Shown here one piece after another: positions 8,425 to 14,355 of a stretch of DNA of 64,000 nt. This stretch comes from a virus, in IMG/VR virus record IMGVR_UViG_3300045988_131721, positions 72,795 to 136,794 of that record; one strand, written 5' to 3'. Made by a program: the position numbers and the translations under genes. Position 1 is the stretch's first letter. Each line of letters opens with the position of its first letter. The notes beneath the pieces are model-generated. The model was not told the DNA's origin. It did no database searches and saw nothing but the letters and a program-made list of their open reading frames with translations.

Positions 8425-9165
8425 ATGAGTAAATTTAAGATTGGTGATAAAGTGAGAATAAGAGAAGATTTAAATGAATATAATTTCCATGATATAATAC
8501 CAGAAATGTTAAAATATGCAGGGAAGGAATTTGAAATAATAGATATACGTTATAATGCTATCTTTGGCGAATGTTATGTGTTAAACGATGTTAATTATTT
8601 TTGGTATGGAGATGCGTTAGAATTAGTAAATGAATCAGAAATTAAAATATTAGGTGTTGATTATACAACAAGCACATTAAAAATAGAAGAAAGTGTCTCA
8701 CAAAAAGTAAGGGGATTTGAAATTGTGTCTAATGAATTTAGAAAACATCCAAATGTAGATATAAGAATACCTACACGTGCCACTAGTGAATCAGCAGGAT
8801 ATGATATATCTACTCCAATAGATATTAAAATACCACCTCATGGTATATCCGAAGCAATACAAACAGATATCAAAGCATATATGTTATATAATGAATATTT
8901 GGAAATAGTACCTAGAAGTAGCATTGGATTTAAAAAAGGATTAATGTTAGTAAATACATGTGGAATTATAGATAGTGATTATTATGGTAATCCAGATAAT
9001 GATGGGAATATAGGGTTTAAATTTAAAAATTTAACAGATAAAACAGTAGAAATAAAAGCAGGAGAAAGAATTTTGCAAGGGATATTCAAGAAATATTTAT
9101 TAGCAGATGAAGATAATTGTAATATAATTAGAAAGAGTGGGATTGGTTCGTCGGGTACTAAATAA
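8425..9165 (+). CDS. dut: dUTPase with about 100-aa N-terminal GDKVRI..EDL module
   Basis: Trimeric dUTPase motifs SAGYDI, PRSS and GIIDSDYYG are present. The N-terminal MSKFKIGDKVRIREDL...YAGKEFEI...ALELV is paralogous to 6029 and 9632. Confidence 0.85.
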   Translation: MSKFKIGDKVRIREDLNEYNFHDIIPEMLKYAGKEFEIIDIRYNAIFGECYVLNDVNYFWYGDALELVNESEIKILGVDYTTSTLKIEESVSQKVRGFEIVSNEFRKHPNVDIRIPTRATSESAGYDISTPIDIKIPPHGISEAIQTDIKAYMLYNEYLEIVPRSSIGFKKGLMLVNTCGIIDSDYYGNPDNDGNIGFKFKNLTDKTVEIKAGERILQGIFKKYLLADEDNCNIIRKSGIGSSGTK

Positions 9166-9179
9166 AAATAATTAATAAA
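9166..9179 (+). repeat. AT-box AAATAATTAATAAA (perfect)
   Basis: Starts right after the dut stop and is followed by promoter/leader unit D. Confidence 0.8.
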
Positions 9180-9189
9180 TTTTATAACG

Positions 9190-9245
9190 GATAGGTAATT
9201 TCTTTATGCTATCCGTTAATATATAAGTATAGAAAGGACGTGATA
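9190..9245 (+). promoter_or_regulatory. early promoter/leader unit D
   Basis: GATAGGTAATTT..CGTTAATAT (9214-9222)..TATAGAAAGGACGTGAT. Here the ATAGGTAAT box lies in the loop of a 9-bp hairpin, AACGGATAG/CTATCCGTT. Confidence 0.4.
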
Positions 9246-9247
9246 AA

Positions 9248-9424
9248 ATGAATAGATATGAAATATTACACACATTAACATTAGAACAATTAGCAGAAGT
9301 ATTAGGTAAATATAAATTATGTAATATATGTAAATACCAATCAGATAATAAATGTCTAAGTATTTCACATAAAGAAAGTAATTGTTATGAAGGCATAGAA
9401 CTATTTTTAAGAGAGGAGTTTTAA
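9248..9424 (+). CDS. small Cys-rich protein (58 aa, MNRYEILHTLTLEQLAEVLGKYKLCNICKY...)
   Basis: ATG follows the unit D leader and the stop lies 2 nt before the next gene. Not in the ORF track because it is under 60 aa. It replaces the implausible antisense ORF 9216..9545. Confidence 0.55.
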   Translation: MNRYEILHTLTLEQLAEVLGKYKLCNICKYQSDNKCLSISHKESNCYEGIELFLREEF

Positions 9425-9426
9425 AT

Positions 9427-9630
9427 ATGAGAAACATAATAGATGTTTTAAAACCTATATTGGTCGGTGCTATTCCATTAGGATTTACTGTAGGACTTAT
9501 TTTATTTGCTTTATATAATGAATATGGTTGGATTTTATTAAGCATTATTTTATTTTTAACAGTAAGTTTTATAATAGGTAAAACAATTATAGATGATTGG
9601 AATAAATTTTATAAAAAGGAGGCTAAATAA
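9427..9630 (+). CDS. small membrane protein (2 TM)
   Basis: 67 aa with two hydrophobic helices. Tightly packed against its neighbours. Confidence 0.6.
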   Translation: MRNIIDVLKPILVGAIPLGFTVGLILFALYNEYGWILLSIILFLTVSFIIGKTIIDDWNKFYKKEAK

Positions 9631-9631
9631 T

Positions 9632-9868
9632 ATGTTTAGTATAGGAGATAAAGTTAAATTAATAATAACAGAGGAAGAATTAAATGAAATTTTAAAAACC
9701 AATAAAGAATTAAAAGAAAGTATTTTAAAATGTTATAATCAACGAGTTGGCACAATAGTTGATAAATTCTTACCAAGCGAACTCATACCAGAAACTTATT
9801 ATTGTTTAGATGTAAGTCCAGACGTTGCTTGGAAAGAAAGCGAATTAAAGTTAGTGAATGGAGAGTAA
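9632..9868 (+). CDS. stand-alone GDKV small-barrel-like module protein
   Basis: MFSIGDKVKL... start follows an AAAAGGAGG SD. Paralogous to the N-terminal modules of 6029..6751 and dut. Confidence 0.55.
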   Translation: MFSIGDKVKLIITEEELNEILKTNKELKESILKCYNQRVGTIVDKFLPSELIPETYYCLDVSPDVAWKESELKLVNGE

Positions 9869-9872
9869 TCTT

Positions 9873-10028
9873 ATGAATCTTTTAATTAATTTTATATTAT
9901 TAATTATACTTAGTTATGTTTTAGAAGAATCTTTTAAGTTATTAAAACCGTATAGACATATAATAATTAGCATTGTGATACTATCAGTTGTGTTAATTAT
10001 GTTTAATTCGTTTGATTTATTATTCTAG
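9873..10028 (+). CDS. small membrane protein (51 aa, 2 TM)
   Basis: MNLLINFILLIILSYVLEESFKLLKPYRHIIISIVILSVVLIMFNSFDLLF. It fills the gap between 9868 and 10041. Below the ORF-track cutoff. Confidence 0.4.
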   Translation: MNLLINFILLIILSYVLEESFKLLKPYRHIIISIVILSVVLIMFNSFDLLF

Positions 10029-10040
10029 GGAGGATATATT

Positions 10041-10391
10041 ATGAAAATGAACAAAAAAGAATTACAACAGTTTGATGCTTATGTAGAAGAATTAGGAAGA
10101 GGACTTAAAAATACAATATTATGGGAATCTACGGATGAATACTTGAGATTACAATGTGAATATAAGTATGACAGTTTTCTTGTTAATTATATTGAAAGGT
10201 ATATGGGGATACAATACGAAGATGTCAAAGACGATATGAGATTGAAATCAAGATTTGATAAAATTTTATTTCCAGTATTAAAAGATATGAGAGAAGAGTT
10301 AAAGATTGAACACGAAGAAAGAATAAAAGAAGAAAGAAAAAGAGCAAGAGAAAAAGAAATGAAAAAAGGACATAAAAGAAAGATAAAATGA
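10041..10391 (+). CDS. hypothetical protein with Lys/Arg/Glu-rich tail
   Basis: 116-aa ORF with a GGGAGG SD. Confidence 0.6.
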   Translation: MKMNKKELQQFDAYVEELGRGLKNTILWESTDEYLRLQCEYKYDSFLVNYIERYMGIQYEDVKDDMRLKSRFDKILFPVLKDMREELKIEHEERIKEERKRAREKEMKKGHKRKIK

Positions 10392-10410
10392 TTGATAAGG
10401 GGTGAACAAT

Positions 10411-11190
10411 ATGGGAAGAAATAAAATTAATAGAACAGGAGAGAAGAATGTTAATAATTTTGGAAGTGAAATGGTAATTATTAAATATAATAATGCACAT
10501 GATATAGATGTTTATTTTCCAAAATATAATTATACAGCTAGAAATAGAGAATATGGAAGTTTTAAAAAGGGGAATGTCAAATGCCCATATGATAGAACTG
10601 TGTTTGGAATAGGTTATGTTGGTGAAGGAAAATATAAAGTGAGTGAAAATTGTAAACTAACTAGAGCCTATAATACATGGATGCATATGTTAGAAAGATG
10701 TTATGATAAAAAACTACATGAAAAACGTCCCACTTATATTGGATGTACAGTATCAGAAGAATGGCATAACTTTCAAAATTTTGCTAAATGGTATTATAAT
10801 AGCTATTATGAGATAGAAAGTCAAAAAATGCATTTAGATAAAGATATTTTAATTAAAGGAAATAAAATTTATAGTCCAAAAACTTGTATATTTGTACCAG
10901 AAAGAATAAATACTTTATTTACTAAACGACAAAATAAGAGGGGAGAATCGGTTATTGGAACAAGTCCTAAAAATGGCAAATATGTAGTGCAATGTCATTT
11001 AATCAATCCTAAAACAGGAGAATCTAAACAAGAACATTTAGGCTATTATAATACACAAGAGAAAGCTTTTGAAATATACAAATACTATAAAGAGAAAAAC
11101 ATTAAGGAAGTGGCAGATTATTATAAGGAACAGATACCTCAAATTCTTTATAACGCTTTATATAATTATGAAGTTGAAATATATGATTAG
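10411..11190 (+). CDS. AP2-domain putative homing endonuclease, paralog 3
   Basis: Full-length paralog of 1002..1784. ATG 10411 lies 8 nt after AAGGGG. Confidence 0.55.
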   Translation: MGRNKINRTGEKNVNNFGSEMVIIKYNNAHDIDVYFPKYNYTARNREYGSFKKGNVKCPYDRTVFGIGYVGEGKYKVSENCKLTRAYNTWMHMLERCYDKKLHEKRPTYIGCTVSEEWHNFQNFAKWYYNSYYEIESQKMHLDKDILIKGNKIYSPKTCIFVPERINTLFTKRQNKRGESVIGTSPKNGKYVVQCHLINPKTGESKQEHLGYYNTQEKAFEIYKYYKEKNIKEVADYYKEQIPQILYNALYNYEVEIYD

Positions 11191-11194
11191 TCCA

Positions 11195-11248
11195 AAAAAT
11201 AAAAAAGTTGGGATAGATGTTAATTTAAAACACCTATCCCTTTATTTA
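11195..11248. terminator. bidirectional intrinsic terminator at the convergence of the two arms
   Basis: Stem GGGATAG(11210-16)/CTATCCC(11234-40), flanked by an A-run upstream and TTTATTTA downstream. Confidence 0.6.
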
Positions 11249-11341
11249 TGTCTGTTTTTACAGGTATAAACTATCAATGAAGAAATTTAAACGCCTTAGA
11301 ATCGATTTTACAGCGTCATTATTTCTGCAATACTCGGAAAT

Positions 11342-12172
11342 TTATATAATTTCTAAATATTTTTTATTGACAAACCCATAATCTGTATTTGTATAAACAG
11401 ATACCCATCCATTCAATGAATATCCTATAGTTACAATTTCACCTTTCTTTAATACAAATTTAACTTTACCTAAATTACCATTTTTATCTGGTCGTGTATC
11501 TCTAACATTTAAAGTTGTACAATTAATTACTCTTGCTTGAACATTATAAGCCTTCTTGTCTTCTATTGTCTTATCAACAACTTTTTCTTCTCCAATTACA
11601 CTGTTACCTTTTCCATTGGTACAATTTCTTATGTTTGATTCTTTTAATTTTCCTATCATATAGTTATAACAATCTAATTTAAATTGTTCCCATTGAGATT
11701 TATGATTTACAAAGTATCTTGGACAAATTTTACCTGTAACATCGTAATGTCTTATAAAATCTTTTCTAGGGTCTAACCCGTATAATTTAGCTAACCAAGC
11801 ACCTGTTTTAATCATTGAAACATATTCTTTGTCAGTGTAATGGTCGTCTGAACCTGTTGTTGCACATTCTACTCCTACACTATAAGCATTTGCACTATTT
11901 GTTGTATAAGCTATTTCGTTAAATGGAATTATATGATATATTTCTCCTTCAAGTCCCATAACTAAATGAGAACTAGCGTATATATATCTACCATTTACTC
12001 TATATCCATTAGCTACAACGTTAGAAAAATAACTTACTGTATTTTTAGCAGAAACATCATGTTGTCCTGTAAAATGCCATGCTATTTTAGTTGTTCTTCT
12101 TCTTTTAGTTCCAGGTCTCCCATATTTATTGATTTTCATAAATTTTTCTATCATTTCTGGTTTTTGTACCAT
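11342..12172 (-). CDS. endolysin: N-acetylmuramoyl-L-alanine amidase (Amidase_2/PGRP-like) with C-terminal SH3-like cell-wall-binding domain
   Basis: The AWHFTG...SSH...YSVGVECA pattern is typical of Amidase_2. The C-terminal NVRD...G.....LKKGE.V......NGW..V is SH3_3-like. Sits next to the holin. Confidence 0.85.
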   Translation of the reverse strand: MVQKPEMIEKFMKINKYGRPGTKRRRTTKIAWHFTGQHDVSAKNTVSYFSNVVANGYRVNGRYIYASSHLVMGLEGEIYHIIPFNEIAYTTNSANAYSVGVECATTGSDDHYTDKEYVSMIKTGAWLAKLYGLDPRKDFIRHYDVTGKICPRYFVNHKSQWEQFKLDCYNYMIGKLKESNIRNCTNGKGNSVIGEEKVVDKTIEDKKAYNVQARVINCTTLNVRDTRPDKNGNLGKVKFVLKKGEIVTIGYSLNGWVSVYTNTDYGFVNKKYLEII

Positions 12173-12190
12173 ATTAATCAACTCCTTTAT

Positions 12191-12228
12191 AAAATAAAAA
12201 GAGAGCAGATAAAATCCACTCTCTTTTG
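12191..12228. terminator. hairpin with flanking A/T runs between holin and endolysin
   Basis: AAAAGAGAG(12197-12205)/CTCTCTTTT(12220-12228). In the leftward sense it is followed by TTTTATTTT and then the endolysin SD. Confidence 0.5.
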
Positions 12229-12300
12229 GCTTTGGTTTATATTTAAATTATAAGAAATTTATAAATTAATCTTACTTATAATTTAAATAGTAGTATTATA

Positions 12301-12314
12301 AAATAATTAATAAA
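12301..12314 (+). repeat. AT-box AAATAATTAATAAA (perfect) in inverted orientation relative to the surrounding leftward genes
   Basis: This is the only perfect copy whose orientation opposes the local transcription direction. Confidence 0.8.
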
Positions 12315-12386
12315 GTTTTTGGAATATAATTTTGACAAAATTTATCCTTACTTTATTATAACACTTCACATCTTATTTTACAATAA

Positions 12387-12653
12387 TTATTTTTCGTCTT
12401 TATTAATTAAATTTCTATAAGCTTCATACAATCCTGTACTTGCTAATCCTGTAATTAAACCACTTAAAATTACATTAAAATCATAACTTTGAGCATTAAC
12501 TATTGCAACAAGCATACCTACAATTCCCATAATTAAAGGTATATATCTATTTGGTATTTTAGGTATTGAAGTTTTAATTATATATCCAATCACCAAACAA
12601 AATAACATCACACCACCATTTATTAAACTCATGTATAAATCTAAATCAATCAT
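12387..12653 (-). CDS. holin
   Basis: 88 aa with 2-3 transmembrane helices and a charged C-terminus (NKDEK). Immediately upstream of the endolysin. Confidence 0.65.
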   Translation of the reverse strand: MIDLDLYMSLINGGVMLFCLVIGYIIKTSIPKIPNRYIPLIMGIVGMLVAIVNAQSYDFNVILSGLITGLASTGLYEAYRNLINKDEK

Positions 12654-12943
12654 TATTCATTTCCTCCTTTTTCATGTTGTTTCATATCTCTAATATCCAT
12701 TTTTAAATCACTCATATCATGTTTTAAGTCATCAATTTTTACATTTGTATCTCTTACTTCATTACTTATTTCTTTTATCGTTAATGAGAACTCATTTACA
12801 GTTTTATGAAATTCTTCTACTGAAGTTTTATATAAGTCTCTATTTTGATTATCCTCATTTAAAACTTGTTGTATTAAAATCCATACCAATATTACAAAAA
12901 CTCCCATTGCACCATAATTACTCAACACCTCCAATAAATCCAT
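12653..12943 (-). CDS. BhlA/UviB-like holin-associated membrane protein
   Basis: N-terminal transmembrane helix followed by a coiled-coil region. Likely start is MDLLEV after AAAGGTGG. Lies in the lysis cassette. Confidence 0.45.
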   Translation of the reverse strand: MDLLEVLSNYGAMGVFVILVWILIQQVLNEDNQNRDLYKTSVEEFHKTVNEFSLTIKEISNEVRDTNVKIDDLKHDMSDLKMDIRDMKQHEKGGNE

Positions 12944-12960
12944 TATTAGCACCACCTTTC

Positions 12961-12974
12961 TTTATTAATTATTT
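12961..12974 (-). repeat. AT-box (perfect, gene-sense AAATAATTAATAAA)
   Basis: Abuts the GAAAGGTGG SD of 12653..12943. Confidence 0.8.
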
Positions 12975-12982
12975 ATTATGGG

Positions 12983-13005
12983 TATACAACTTTAAGTGTG
13001 GAAAG
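12983..13005. repeat. left arm of inverted repeat (core AACTTTAAGTGTGG 12988-13001)
   Basis: Perfect 14-bp reverse complement of 13603-13616. Confidence 0.8.
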
Positions 13006-13209
13006 TCTAGAAACATTAGTTGCATGTCCCAAATCTGTCTAGCATTTAAATCCTCTTTGTTCCTCAGTAGCAAGAATCTATCTTTTTCAAAAACCCGTAT
13101 TTTTTATTAAATTTCTTCTGTGTCCTTTTCTTTTTACTTCTTCTTTTGGGAATATTTGTTTCACTTTCAAATGGATAATCCACTATTTTTACTTGCATTC
13201 CATTAAAAA

Positions 13210-13566
13210 TCAAGTTCTTTCTCCTTCCTCATAAAATTCATTCAACACTTTATTTATAGTAGCTACATTGGGTCTACATGAATCATATTTTTCAGTTCCA
13301 TCACTATACATTCTAAATATTTCTATTGTTTCCTCATCAATTAGTTCAAACTCTAAATAATCGCCATTATCTTTTTCATATTCAAATCGAATACTCTCGC
13401 ATACAGTTGGAAATATTTCAGGTTGATATTTTAATCCATAAATTAAATTTCTCATTATATCAATTAAATCTTTACTAATAGGTTCTGCTCCATATAAGTC
13501 CCAATTATATTTTAATTTTGAAATTAATTTAAGTTTTTCTAAATTAGTCGAATATTTTGCACACAA
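13210..13566 (-). CDS. hypothetical protein (moron-like, bracketed by inverted repeats)
   Basis: 118-aa ORF with a TTG start after AGGGGGTG. It sits between the fibre genes and the lysis genes, with about 250 bp of non-coding DNA downstream. Confidence 0.55.
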   Translation of the reverse strand: MCAKYSTNLEKLKLISKLKYNWDLYGAEPISKDLIDIMRNLIYGLKYQPEIFPTVCESIRFEYEKDNGDYLEFELIDEETIEIFRMYSDGTEKYDSCRPNVATINKVLNEFYEEGERT

Positions 13567-13598
13567 ACTTTACACCCCCTGTAATATTTTTACCTCAT

Positions 13599-13622
13599 TA
13601 TACCACACTTAAAGTTATATTT
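13599..13622. repeat. right arm of inverted repeat (core CCACACTTAAAGTT 13603-13616)
   Basis: Perfect 14-bp reverse complement of 12988-13001. Confidence 0.8.
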
Positions 13623-13649
13623 TCCACAGTTATAGTTTCATACCCTTTA

Positions 13650-14345
13650 TTATAAGGCTATAGTTATTTCAATATATGGTCGAGTACTACCCGTACCACT
13701 AAAATATCCATAATCTGTAACTGCGAATCCAGTTGGTGCTAATAGTCTAAAACCATCAATAGTACCATTTTGGATAGATTGTATTGCTGTACTATTTAAT
13801 GTTAATGTTAAAGTTCCTCCTTTATTAAAATGAGTACTACTACAATATTGAGTAGAATTAACATTATTCATTGAAAAGCTTGTAGGTCTATAAGTATTCA
13901 TATTAGTTGCTCCACTTATTATAGTGTCTAATCCTGCATAATAATACGAATGTAAATTAGTTAATTTTAATTTTACGCTTGTTATTGTTCCTAGCTGTCT
14001 AGCTTGTTCAAATAAACTTTTAAAACATATTATTCCTAAATAATTAAAATTAGGATAATAACCTTGATATATTCTATCTCTTCTATCGTCATTGAAATTA
14101 TCTGTAAATGTTCCAGTTGTACTAGAGCCACGATAACTTCCACTCCAATCAGCATAACCTTTTACAATATATGGTGAAGATGGAGTTGAACCTCCACCTC
14201 CAGAAGAGCCATTGCCTAAATCTATTCTTTCCATACCATTAGAAGTTTTTTTATAAACAGGACAAATTTCCATACCATTAGAAGTTTTTCTATAGATAAG
14301 TATGTTATTTAATGAACCATTTTTATTGATGTATATACCACTCAT
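13650..14345 (-). CDS. tail-fibre-associated structural protein
   Basis: Lies downstream of the fibre gene. Has a Gly/Ser linker and an internal 22-bp perfect direct repeat (14229-14250 and 14268-14289) that encodes a duplicated KTSNGME. Confidence 0.45.
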   Translation of the reverse strand: MSGIYINKNGSLNNILIYRKTSNGMEICPVYKKTSNGMERIDLGNGSSGGGGSTPSSPYIVKGYADWSGSYRGSSTTGTFTDNFNDDRRDRIYQGYYPNFNYLGIICFKSLFEQARQLGTITSVKLKLTNLHSYYYAGLDTIISGATNMNTYRPTSFSMNNVNSTQYCSSTHFNKGGTLTLTLNSTAIQSIQNGTIDGFRLLAPTGFAVTDYGYFSGTGSTRPYIEITIAL

Positions 14346-14355
14346 AAAATCCCTC

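Noticed and set aside
9216-9545. 109-aa minus-strand ORF in the ORF track
   Set aside because: It lies antisense to a tightly packed rightward operon and has no SD. Its composition is the low-complexity Ile/Tyr/Leu typical of AT-rich antisense frames. The plus-strand small ORFs 9248..9424 and 9427..9630, which have SDs, explain the region better.
11249-11341. Slightly GC-richer non-coding segment between the convergent arms (AAACGCCTTAGAATCGATTTTACAGCGTCA) as a possible attP, cos or small RNA
   Set aside because: It contains only a 4-bp inverted motif (ACGC/GCGT). There is no adjacent integrase or terminase-binding repeats and no clear promoter/terminator pair, so there is not enough evidence for any call.
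13010-13209. 44-aa very basic ORF (MQVKIVDYPFESETNIPKRRSKKKRTQKKFNKKYGFLKKIDSCY) on the minus strand, downstream of 13210..13566
   Set aside because: No SD, and a low-complexity Lys-rich sequence typical of A-rich DNA. It is kept only as context for the inverted-repeat-bracketed segment.
14229-14289. 22-bp perfect direct repeat (14229-14250 and 14268-14289) as a possible regulatory or recombination element
   Set aside because: It lies in frame inside 13650..14345 and simply encodes a duplicated peptide, (Y)(R/K)KTSNGME. It is most simply an intragenic tandem duplication.
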